This document shows, one piece after another, positions 22,075-33,759 of a DNA stretch of 64,000 nucleotides (position 1 is the stretch's first letter; each line of letters begins with the position of its first letter). The position numbers were made by a program, and so were the translations under genes. The stretch comes from Anthoceros angustus (lineage: Eukaryota > Plantae > Anthocerotophyta). The stretch lies in the NCBI GenBank assembly GCA_010909165.1, contig MU008155.1, positions 2,046,001 through 2,110,000 on the forward strand, in the 5' to 3' direction. Under the pieces are notes generated by a model. The model worked only from the letters and a program-made list of their open reading frames with translations, ran no database searches and was not told the origin of the DNA.

Positions 22075-24713
22075 TTAATTTGATCCTAGCAATAATAATC
22101 CAACTACCAGGAAAAGTAGCAAAGATGGTTGCGCGCCTATGGCACTTCCGGACTTTGGAGCAGAAGCGCCGGAAGGAGGCGAAGATCCAGAACCTGAACG
22201 CGGTGGAGTCTGCCGGGATTGGGGTGGGGGAGGTCGGGGTACAAGACCAGAAGGTGGTGGAGCTGGAGCAGAGTCGCTCGGCGCTACGCTCGGCGATGGA
22301 CTTGACGTTGGACTTGACGTTGGACTTGACGGTGGACTTGACGTTGGACTTGGCGTTGGGCTTGAGGTTGGACTTAATGTTGGGCTTGACGTTGGACTTG
22401 ATATTGGAGAAGGTGCATTCCCACCACTCAGCGTTTCGGCATAACCTGTATAGCAGTGATACCATTAGGCCCAATACGTCTCTACAACGACCCATTGTCA
22501 TGAGGAAGAACCGGACCCGAGAAGGCTTACAAGATGTCTTTGTCCAACCCAATATGTTCTCCTCACGATCAAAAGTGAACTTGTACCCGGTCATGAAGTT
22601 CTCTGAAAAGAAAAACCGGAGGTGAGCTAGATTGCCTACCACACAAAACACTCGCAAGAACAGTCTCAAATCAAGACTGTGTGTGCGAAAACTTACGTCC
22701 AAAGAGTGCAACGTTCCCACCATTTGTTACCCCCAGGCAGAAACCAGCAAGGTAGCCCTGAGAAAGACCAGGAGGCAGATTCAGCGATGTAATATGCAAG
22801 ACGCAAGTTAACTACCATCCTTGTAAAAACGTCTGTCAGATGAGCTCACATTTTGATCTACCAACGGAACGGTCGGGTCCGCCACCTCTATCGTTTGCCC
22901 TTGGAACCAAGTAAAATTAAGAGACGGGTAGTCAAAGTAAGGCGGATTTGCCCTGGGACTGCACACAAGCAATGCTGTCAGGTCCACTCAATAGTCTACC
23001 AGTTGTGTCCGCTTAGTACTTGTTGATAACCAACCTGCCAGTATAACATAGTTCGAAAGGTAAACTGCTGCCTTGAACACGGCGGTAGCTGGACGGCACC
23101 TGGGCATTGAACTGCCACGACAGGGAATGTCGGGGTTAAGGATGATAGAGCAAACATGTGGCCCACAAATCCAAGAGCTAACCGAACTTACAGCATTGAG
23201 AATTGGTTGATAGACGTTGCTGTTTAGTATTGTATACGACGTTCCTGTGTCAAAGTAGAACACATCACGACCTTGACTGGGGATATTGGTTGGACCTACG
23301 GTTATCCTCTCAGCTTGGATAGCATACGTGATGCTGCAAACCCAGGCACATGCAGAATATTAGCGCAGGCTGCAAAGAAGAGAGGGGCACAAGCTATAAA
23401 CACTGAGAAGCCAAGGCATGACGTTGCGAGACATACTAGACGTTGTTCGTAGTGGGAAGGATGGGAGTGCTTGACTGCCCAGGGACGCCCTTATCGCCAA
23501 ACACAATTCTGCCTAACCCATCATCAGAAATGCAAATGGAGAAAGAGTTGGCAATCACTCCTTGGCTGGCCAGCACGCTGGGCAGGGAAATATCTTGATA
23601 TCCCAACCCCACCAAGCCATCCAGGGCAGCACCGGAAAGAAATGCACCAGTTTGACGTCGCCCACATCTGTAAGGCAGAATGCAGACCAAGTGAGAAGCA
23701 CATTAAAGAAAAACCTAACCAAGGCCTCACTAGGGCCCACGCAAAAGAGGGCCTACCCGAAGACGAACTCAGCTGTCCGAAGAGGCCCTCCTGGCGTGAG
23801 CTCGTTCCCCAAATACAACACATCCCGAACCAGGTTCCCAAACGAGCCCGTGTTGGCAGACAGGTAGTTCACCTCATAAGGGCACGAGTCGGCTGGGCTT
23901 GTGCAGTTGCTCTTGGACTGGCAGAGGTTGTCACTGCATGTAACGTTTACACTTGTACTGGATTTCGCAGGACTGTATTGCCCAAGCAGAGGACGCTGCA
24001 CAGTTCACCCGCACCGGCTCATACATCTCACCACCTGTCCCCGCAGGCATAATACCAGCTCAAGCAATTCACTCAGGCAACAACATGGAGGCACACATAC
24101 TTACAAGTGATGGGTCAATACTTGGGTCATTCAAAGATGCGCATTGTGTGCATTCACATGGAAACCAGGTGGTATCACTACCTGTGTCCAGTGCTGCAAA
24201 AAATGTGACATTCGGCGTTCCAACATCCAAAAACGCATAGTGCAGCCTGCGAGACCCAAGAAGCACATGAGCTCCAACGCAGGAAGAAGCACAGCAACAT
24301 CCAACAAATGCAGCACAACAGGTCCCGGTTCCAGGTACTAACGACGACTCAAACAGGAACGTGCTGTTATCCCCCCCGAAATTGTAGTAGCCACCTTCCC
24401 CCAGCAAATGGCGGCCCCTGGCGTGCCTGGACTGGTCCAGCTGAAACAGCAATCTGTGATACTCGGCGGTGTTGTGGGCAGGCCAGTGCCTGGGGTCCGC
24501 GCCCACCTTGGGCATCAGCATCTCCCGCCCTTTCTCCGAAAATCTGTGCACCATTCCATAGCCGAAGCTGAAACCGGCGCCCGTGCCAGTGCCGGTGCCG
24601 GTGCTGTGTGCGTCACCGGGTAATGCAGCGGCAACAAGGAGCAGCAGAAGCAGCAGCATCGCATCATGCAGCGGTTTGCATCGCAGGCCCCGGGTCCTCG
24701 ATCCTTGCCGCAT
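22075..24713 (-). CDS. Pepsin-like (A1B) aspartic protease with signal peptide, Ser/Pro-rich stalk and hydrophobic C-terminus (probable GPI signal), multi-exon
   Basis: N-terminal LLLLLLLVAAA, MVHRFSE, LHYAFLDVGTPNVTFFAALDTGSD, LDGLVGLG, NSFSIC...GRIVFGDKG and a second catalytic YFDTGTSYT. Ends ...SSPTSSPT...LLLFLVVGLLLLGSN* (stop 22075-22077). The start could be a downstream Met. Confidence 0.9.
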
Positions 24714-25138
24714 TGCGATGGGCGACCGGTGATGGCGATTGGATCGGAAAGGAAGCTGCGTCCTAGGCTCAGCTGAGCTCAGGTCAGGTCAGGTCAGGTC
24801 AGCTCCGCGCAGAGCAGCTGGTCCTGGCCGAGGACGAAACTTTCAGCCCATGGGCAGCGGCAGCGGCAGCAGCAGCAGCACAGCAGCTGCGGCTCCGACC
24901 TCGCGACCGGGCCCGCACAAACTCTTGCCTGTTGACGACTCCACACACCAGCTCTCATCACGCAAAGGAAGTGTGCGCAGCTCTCCAGGCTCCAACTGTC
25001 GAACCACCGTCTAGGGACATTTCCAAATCGACCTAGAAGTTAACTCGACGATGTCGACAAATCCGATGCTTGCTTCACCAGAATCGACCTGGAACTACAC
25101 AAACCACGCGGCGCATAGTCTGCTTACAACAATATGGT

Positions 25139-26830
25139 GCCTGCGTCTCAATCTGGTAAATCGACTTGGAACTACACAAACCACACGCGTCTCAATGTCC
25201 GAAGCGATAAATGCTTAATGCTTCGCGCAGTGCGACGTCCTCCGTGGCATGTTGTGATGTCCATGGCTTCCCAACAGCCTCCCCATACGCGCTAAGTTGT
25301 ATACGGTACCCATTCGCCTACAATTCCGACCATATCGCAGGACATGCATTACCGTGCGCCTCTCTTGCGCCTCCCTTGCAACCGTACGGGTTTGCCCTGG
25401 AACCCTAAACCCGAGTTTCCAACTGCTTCGAACTAGTTTTGAGGGAAGGAGATGAACGGGGAGCGCGGAGCGGGGAGAGGCTAGGGGAACGGGGTTTCAC
25501 CATCGGGCCCAGAGTACGAGATGAGCGGGGAGAGGGAAGAAGAGGAGGGGAGGAGGAGAAGAGGAGTGGCACCAGGGAGCGGGTTGGAACTCCCAAATCC
25601 CTCCCAACGTGGTTGGAACCGACTCTAGGGCAGTAGATTGAAGCCCCTTCTCCTTCCCTCAGCTGGGGCGGGCAACATTTCTTGACTCCCAAGATTTGAG
25701 GATGCACACATGAGCTCGCACAAGGATGAATTCGAAGAGGACGTACGTCTTCGCCATCCATTGGCACCTCATCAAGTAGTGAGACTTTGTTTCTCAGCTG
25801 CGTTCCACGACAGGAACGGTGGCCTCCAGTCGATTTTGCACAAGCTTTGCCTGCGCTACATTTATTGCCAGCAAGGTTCTTCAAGCTCAATGCTGGACAT
25901 AGCAATGATGTGTTGCATTCTTCATTTGATCTTTGCCCTCTGCCTCTTCTCAAGCTCGGATTGCTGTGAAAATCTGAAGGTGAGTTTACCGAACCACATG
26001 AACGAACCACATGAACGTACACGGCCATTCAGTACGACCACTTAGGAACTGCCAGACCAACCCTTTGTCACCAAGGGAAGCAGCTTCTTTCAACTGTGGG
26101 ATACCGAAAACCGCCTTCCAACCATGAGACATTGAAATGTCATGTGCTTTGAATGCTTGTGAACAAATTATATCCCCTGCAACTTTCCGGCAGATCATCT
26201 CTGCAGCTTCAGCGCGCAATCCTGATATGCCCGAAGCTTTGCAGCAGTGGAGTCATAGCCTGAAATATCAAGATGGTGCCCAACCTCTCAGCAACTCCTC
26301 TGATGTAACGCACCGCAGAATGGTTGTACGTGCGACGCGGTGACACTGTGCGTTCCTGGTGCTCTGAGGATATTGAAGCTTCTTAGAAAAGGCTTGAGTG
26401 AGCGTTCCTGCTACTGGAGGGCTATAGAGTATGTTGAAGCTTATGCTCGATTTGCAACCTGGCTACAAGTACGAGCCTATGGACAACAAGTGGGAAGAAG
26501 AAAGGAAAGAAAGGAAAGACCTCGAAGCCCTACCGCCCGCTTCCCGATCCCGTTGCTCCCTACAACCACAAGCTCCCTTCCCCGCTGGTTTCAACGTACA
26601 TGACCCGCGCAGTCGTAATTAGAAACCCGCGCGCCGCACGATTTTCTCTACCGCGCCGCACGGTATTCCCTACCGTATTATACATATGTACAGGCGGTGG
26701 CGAAATGTGGAAGTTACGACAGTCACTTTTATACAAATAGAGTGCGTATGTCCATGGCTTCCCCATAGATGCCACGGAGGATTTCGCACGCGCGAAGCAA
26801 TTTATGGCTTCGTATGATTGAGACGCAGGC
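25139..26830. mobile_element. Non-autonomous Mutator-like element (MULE), 1692 bp
   Basis: 9-bp TSD CAATATGGT (25130-25138, 26831-26839). Long imperfect TIRs: GCCTGCGTCTCAATC...CGAAGC.ATAAAT..TGCTTCGCGC.GTGCGA..TCCTCCGTGGCAT. Confidence 0.85.
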
Positions 26831-27193
26831 CAATATGGTAGATCACTGTCTCCATTTCGGACTTGCCTTCCAAGCAAAATCCATCCCTCATGCCATTCTG
26901 GGACTTGTCCACCCTGCCAGTGGCAGGCTGCCACCCCTTCCTTCCGTCCTCCACATTGACGAATTCTTCAAAAAGGATGTTCACCTCGGAGTGCTCATCA
27001 ATATCTCTAATCTTATCCAGAAGTAAGGTCCACGTACACAGTAAGGTCTTCATTTAGAAATATGTGAAGACCATGATGACATAGATGGAAAATGCAATGA
27101 CGGCACCAGCACTACGGAGAGAATTCCGAGCATCATACATCCCAGGGCTTTGGGGGATCATGTCCGGGGCTGCTGTCATCGTTTGCTTCTTCT

Positions 27194-29131
27194 TCACTCG
27201 TCGAATCCAGCAATGGCTGCTGCTCTACTCCACAGGTTTGCTGCCAGTTCCTTGTCGTATGCAAAGGGGGCTGCGGAGACCTCCTTCACTTGACTGCACA
27301 AGTATCCTCGGCTGGTCCATCGGAGAGGCCAGTCCATGAAAGAGACCAGGAGATGGACAATGCCAATGGGCTTAGGGCCCGTGATCTGCGGGAAAAGGAA
27401 TGCGTAGGGGATCAGGCAATGTGGGGAACAAGTGGCAGTTTCATCAAGGGTGTAAACATCAGAAGTGGGTCGTTGTCGTACCACATTCCACGTGAAGGCC
27501 CCTCTTGCCATGTAGCGAAATGGTTTTTCCTGCTTGGGTTTGGTGTCCAAAGGGCCTGATGCAGCATGTATTACTGCCTTAGCTCCGTCCCAGGTGGGGG
27601 AGTAAAGTGACTGTCACAATTGCAGACGAGTTTGTGAGATATCACTGCAAGGACCGGCGTCTTGCCACCTAGGAGATAAGGTGGCAGAGAGTGCAACTTC
27701 AGGACGCATGGATCCTTCTTACTTTCAAAATCCAGGAGAACGGAGGGCGGTTGTACTTGCTCCTCCTCCAGATATCACTTGAGACAGCGCCTGTGTACAT
27801 GCACGCACATGAGGTGAAGCACTGGTGAGTGACAAGGGCATGACCTGCCCAGGACCGGCAATTGATAAACCTGCACAAACGTGAAGCCTACCTGGATCAG
27901 CAGCAATCGCTTCCACTCCCTTGTCTGTCAAACATAGCACAAGTTTGCATCAAGCCCTTTCATTCAGTAACATGTGAGCTCAATCAAAGACATGATCCGC
28001 TGACGGCTTAGGGGTGCTTGACCATTACCGCCCCAACGCCGTTGGAGCTCAGCTGTAAAGAGGACGTTCGCTAACTTGGTGTGGCCATACGACCCTGCCT
28101 TGAAGTCCCGTAAGAATTTTTCCTGGCATACAAAGAAAAAGGTTACGCAAACTGCCACACGACGAGGAACAGGAGTTGCAAAGGCGACGACTGGCTTACG
28201 GCATCACGGATCCTGGCATGCCTGTGAGTGATAGACGAGACGTTCACTACCTGCACCAAGAACAAGACCACAACAGCTCAGCTACTTCATGTTACGAGAG
28301 CCCGTCTTAGTTTCACCAAAGCTTCAAATCGGCATGATCGGGTGACATACTCTGGAAGGTGCTCCTTCAACCAAATTCTTCTCCAGAAGCCGGGTCAGAA
28401 CGTAAGGGCCAAGGAAGTTGACCTGAAAGAGTCCACGATGAGGACCTTGACTAGAGTGCACACAATGGGCAACCTGAAGCCCACCAAGCAGAATACCTGA
28501 GCTGATCCACCAACACGTTCGGCAGTGTACCAAGGAGTGCCCATTGCGGCCCCTGCATTGTTGACCTGCATAAAGGCAGACGTGCAAAGATGAAGAGAGG
28601 TCCAGAACACCCACAGCTCCTTCAATGATGCAACCATCAAACCGTACTAGGAGGTTCAACGGTAGGTTCTTCGCTTTGAATTGGTTTGCACACCGATGAA
28701 CAGATTCCAGAGTCCTCAAATCCAGCTCCAAAAATTCTAAGTCTGCATCTGGAACAGACTGCAAAGCCAAGTGGAATTTAAAACCAAACCGTCAGGAAAG
28801 ACAAATCAGAAGTCCTGCTGTTCCGTTCGAACCGAAGCACATACCTCCCGAATGTAGCTGATAGCTTCTCCAGCTTTGCCCTCGCTTCGGCACGCCAGGA
28901 ACACCTTATGGCCATCCTTAGCCAAAGCCAAGGCTGTTTCCCTAAGGAGTGCGGCAAAGGAAACCAATCAGCTAGCTCCAATTTTCCTTCTCACCGTACA
29001 CCGACTCAAACACAGAGCCACAAAAAGCACATGCAGCCAACGCAGAGGCTGCCCAAGATGGAGGCTTCTTACCGCCCAATGCCGGTGTTAGCCCCCGTCA
29101 CAATGGCGACCTTCCTCGGCGACCTTGCCAT
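27194..29131 (-). CDS. Short-chain dehydrogenase/reductase (retinol dehydrogenase/TIC32-like), multi-exon
   Basis: MARSPRKVAIVTGANTGIG (TGxxxGxG), VFLACRS, LDLRTLESV, NNAG, VNFLGPYVLT, VVNVSS, YGHTKLAN (YxxxK), AYDKELAANLW. Confidence 0.9.
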
Positions 29132-30482
29132 GGTGACAGGCAGCAAGAAGCACAGGCAAATTCACGCAAAAGCAGAGAACTGCAGAGCATCAAGGGGCCT
29201 GGTGGTCTGGTCTAGGGTAACGCTAAAGTTTGGTCGAGAACTAGGTGGCTGCCATTAGGAAAGACGACTCACGAGCATTTCCAGATCGGTGTACGCGGGT
29301 ATGCAGAATCAATCCTCTTTCCATCTCCAGCAGACTAGGGCTTCTGGTTGGTCGAAGGGATCCGGAGTCCTGGACCCACATAGCAGTCTATATGCATTGT
29401 TTGTGTACTCTGTTTGACGAAGTGTCTAGGTCGGCAGTTGGAACATCCCTGCAGGTTTCATGGGCTCGTGCTGCACATGAATAGTATTAATTGCATAAAT
29501 GGTGACCACATGCCAGCATGCACCACCTGCACGGCACGCCACACCTCGGGAGGTGGACGAAGCGCACAGGGAGTCCCGGGCAGCTGCTGCTGTAAACAGG
29601 GATCATCAGCAGTGAGCTGAGCTGGCAAGCATGTCAAATTGATAACCCCTTCACGGCCTGCACCTTGCTGCATTCCACGGAAGTCCTGGCTGACACCACT
29701 TTGTTGACAGGGTTTAGGGTTTTGGAATGAACGGCCCTTGTAACATTCCCTGCTGAATTTGCCCTTGTAAATTGCGCTTGTGGCCCGCCAAAGATGTGTG
29801 CCTCTTGCATGCGTTCAGCTTTTCCATCATTGCACCATTTCCTCATAGCAGGACTTCAGCATGACTCATTGTCAAAGGGGACAACCACCTACAACCTACA
29901 TACAGGTACTCACGTTGTGCACGGACAACTACAAGAAAAACAAGAAAATGTTTTTTCGTGTATCAGAATAACCTGCATAGCAGCCTCCATTTTGCCTACA
30001 CGGATCGGCCGATCGCACGAAAACATTAGACATCAATATCTTATGATGGATTACTTCCGTAACTGGGTCTCCAACCCGGGTCGCCTGGGTGGAAGCCAGG
30101 ACTCCTAGACTGTTACTGTTACGAAGGGATTCATATCTCCCAAAAGGTTCTGGAGTCAGTTGCTTTCATTCTGTTGCTACACCGGGTGGTGTTTATTGGA
30201 AGATATTCAGCCGTCACTTACTATTCATGTGGATCACGAGCCCATGAAACCAAAGCAAAGCAATCCTGAACTCTCGAGGGATTCTCAGGATGGACCAAGT
30301 CTACCCGTAGGTTCAAGCGTTTGAGCTGCCTAACTCCATACTCAGATCCAGGAGGGACTCCTGAAAAGAGGCCCATCAGAGAGATGCATTGTGCTATGCA
30401 AATGTTGTTCACAGGTTTCACATATTTCGTCATTTGAATATGGTACATGTAACTTGGCATGGTTGGTATCCTTTTTCATCAG

Positions 30483-32983
30483 TCATAACTGCGCCACCTG
30501 CTCCTTGGTGAGGAAGATACCATGTAAACCATATGGCACTCGAGAAGGGATTTTCACGCTAGCAACCTGATCTAGGGTCGGGGATTGAGCATCTAAAACA
30601 AGAAGCTCGGACTGGTCGGTGATCTCGTTGTGAGAAAATGCTAACACATAGCCGTCATCTTCAGCCGCTTCACAATCGGTCGTCCTTGGCACAAACCAGG
30701 GCTCACTGGTGAAACACCCGGAAACCGTCCTCCAGCCAACAATTGCAGAGTCACCTAACATGTTGTCCCTCACGAATTGCTGAGGGATCGGTGGAGAATA
30801 CTTCGGAGCCTGAAGGTCTAGTTTCGCAATCCCAGAAAACTTCGGCCATGGACCTGTATGGTGCACACACAAAAACTACTAAATTATTAAACGATATTAC
30901 AAGGCGAAACATGAATTGGATTGCACTAGATTAACATAGCACCTCAAAGCACTAACTAGACCAACATCGCACCTCAAACAAATGAACACTTGCCTGAAGT
31001 TGAAAGGTATGCGTATCTGTTCTTCCTTCCCCGGAATTTTTCATTTATAGTTCCCAGATCCATGTCAACGTTGGCAATCTGCCGCAAGGACGCCTCTCCT
31101 GTTTTCATATTCAAACGTATTTCTGAAGGTTTGGTGAACAACTCCTTGGGATTATTGAAGATATTTGAAACTGGTGACATGACAGATGCGCACATGACCA
31201 CTTCCTCCCCTTCTTCCCACGCATTGTAGTAGTGAAAGCAAGTGGAGTTAGGCAGAGTGAACCATTTCATCTGAGAACCATCTTTCGCATACTTTGGCAG
31301 AACCCCAAATCTAGGAACTCTGTTCTCATCTGGAGCAACACATGGGCTGCCCTTCATCATTTCAAGCAGGGAAAACCTGATGCTGGTCTCAGGAAATATG
31401 GTGTAGTTGTCGGTGATGGCGAAATCATGAATTAATACAGGTCCCTGCACAAACGCAACAGTCACCAGCCTCAGCACATACAAACTCTGCGTCTCATAAC
31501 TTGTACACCCTATCCTACGAATTCATATTTTCCGTAAAAAGAATAGCAAACCCTCCCGCATATACCGGAAATGTGATGTGAACATCACGCTGCTTGACTC
31601 CATCTGCTGAAACCCAGAAATACTTCAAGTACGGAGGGACCAGCAAATTGTAGGTGTAGCAGAACATTTCTCCAGTTTGAGGATCTATCTTTGGATGTGC
31701 TGTCATAGTCTTCAGTTTGCCGTCAAAAGTATGGCGTCCAAGTGTGAAAATCTCTCCATCTTCTCCGACCTTCACCTGAGACTCAGAAACTGGTACCCTT
31801 CAGAGCTATGAAAGCGCAGCACAACGGCACTCAACTTACAATGCCTCAGAGTTTGCACAACAAATGCATACTGGAGCCTGAGACGTCGAGAACTCACAGC
31901 GTAAGGCAAATCAATCTCGGAGATGGCTAAAACCTTGCCATGGTGGAAAGCCAATCCAGCATTAGCAGTTCCAAATCCGTCAGATGTGTTTATGATACCC
32001 AACAGGGCCTTTATAGTCTGAAGAGCAATGAGGATAAGTCCTCTCATGCCCTGGGCTTCTCCAAACGATTTCACGAAAAGAGCTTGCCCAATGTTATGTT
32101 CTTGGAGAAACCTGGTAACAGCAGCCACCCAGCATGCACCCAGCAGTTACTTCGAGGCAACTCGGCACCCAAAGCCCAAGGCGTTCACTAGGCTAAGCCT
32201 ATACATGAATGACGACACACGAATACACCTTCAAGTTGTTCAAAAGACTGTGCTAAGTGGAGGATTTCAGGTGCTCCTTACTTGTTAGTCTCAATAAAAC
32301 GGCACGCATATGTAGCTCCCCCGTCCTTAAAGCTGACAGCGTGAAGCATCCCATCGCCATCAAAGAGATGGTGGTCGGATTCAGGAAGAAATCTTGGATT
32401 GGGGCCGTTCCGAAGGTACACCCCACCATCCAAACACTGGGGCAGACTCCCCACCACCTCCAACCCGCTAACTGGAGGGCACTCATCCACAGGTGCAAAA
32501 TTCCCGCAAAGCTGGATCTCAGGATCGTTTGCAAGAGTGCGAGCTGGCCTCTTCACGACTCTGTCCAGAAGCTTCTCAATTGCACTGAAAACGGCCAGAC
32601 CCACATGTGCCTTCCCCGACAGAGAGCGTCCAGGAGTTACAGATATAGGCGGACGAACGCACTGTGTTTCCCAATCCTGTGGAGCAATTCCTGGTCGCTG
32701 GAGTAAGAAAAAGTAAAATTCTGTCAGTCACCAGCGTAGCAAGCAGCAAGATAGCATTTGAGCGAGCGACGGGAGAACTCTCAAGCATCGCATAACATAC
32801 CTTGCAGTCGGACTGGAGCAAATCCCCGGATTCCATTACACGCTTTGCAGTTGCCTTGACATTTGCCACACTCGACTCCCCGTCATGCCGGCACGATGAT
32901 CTTCCACGCCCCCTTGGCAAATCCGAGTTGGAGCCAGAGTCGAGTCTGGCTCCCAATCTCGGCCAGAAACTCACAGCCCACAT
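30483..32983 (-). CDS. Carotenoid cleavage dioxygenase (CCD1/CCD4/NCED group), multi-exon, with N-terminal extension
   Basis: GNFAPVDE, VYLRNGPNP, HLFDGDGMLHAV, GTANAGL. All four iron-ligand His contexts are present: MTAHPKIDP, LIHDFAIT, CFHYYNAWEE, VPYGLHG. Exon 1 (32983-32801) splices in phase 0. Confidence 0.92.
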
Positions 32984-33759
32984 CGGTCACTCTCACTTGT
33001 AGCTGGTGTCTGCAACTGGATTGGACGTCGGTCCCGAATTGGAAGCGGGGTACTGTACTGAGAGTGTCAAAGTCGCGGCTCTCTTGTACACGTTCGAACT
33101 TCAGAGCCCGCAATTTATAAGATACGGGCGGCACTGCATCCATACTGTCCGAATGTGGAAATCCAAGCAACATTACGAATCGCGATTGCGTGCGTGGTAG
33201 AGAAGGCGACGCCGGAAATCCTTGGACTCTCCTGTCACCACACATCTAGCACGTAGACCTGCAGACCACCCACGAGGTCTGCAGACCGCCCACGCCTGGC
33301 ACATGCACATCAGTGCTTTGGATCACAGTTCACTGAACAGGCGTGACCAACAAGAGCGCAACGCTCGCCGTGCAATTTAGATACACCGTTTTTTCTCACT
33401 GCCACACAGTCCTGGGCAATGGACGAATGCTGGACTACTCACAGGATGAGGATCATGTTCATGGAAAATACCTCTCGGCGTTAGAATCCCGCCGCCCACC
33501 CGGCCTCGAGAACGATAGTTGCGCTGCCTGCCGGCGCAGTAGAAAAGAGGAAGACATCTATCTGGCACGTGCCACTGTATACGTGGCGGTGATATCGCGA
33601 GACGAGTGTCGTAACTGTGATGCACCAAGTGTGTAACACACATCAGCTCGCCTGTCTGAGCGTCCTGTGCAGCTGTATCCGATCCCAACTCAATGTCGTC
33701 GTCCAACGGATTCCGAGTCCAACTACGCCCGACAGCAGCAGCATTTCCTCTACAGGGCC

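Noticed and set aside
22004-22723. Long ORFs 22004-22723 (-), 22056-22625 (+) and 22139-22444 (+) with SNVK/LTLD/VGLD repeats
   Set aside because: These are alternative frames of the 12-bp repeat. The third minus frame gives the SSPT stalk and hydrophobic tail of the protease.
26802-27053. 83-aa minus-strand ORF downstream of the SDR
   Set aside because: It runs into the MULE TIR, has no recognisable family and is likely 3' UTR.
27194-29131. SDR as ABA2 (xanthoxin dehydrogenase) beside an NCED
   Set aside because: The motifs (VFLACRS, YGHTKLAN) are RDH/TIC32-type rather than ABA2-type, and the intron-rich CCD is not clearly an NCED.
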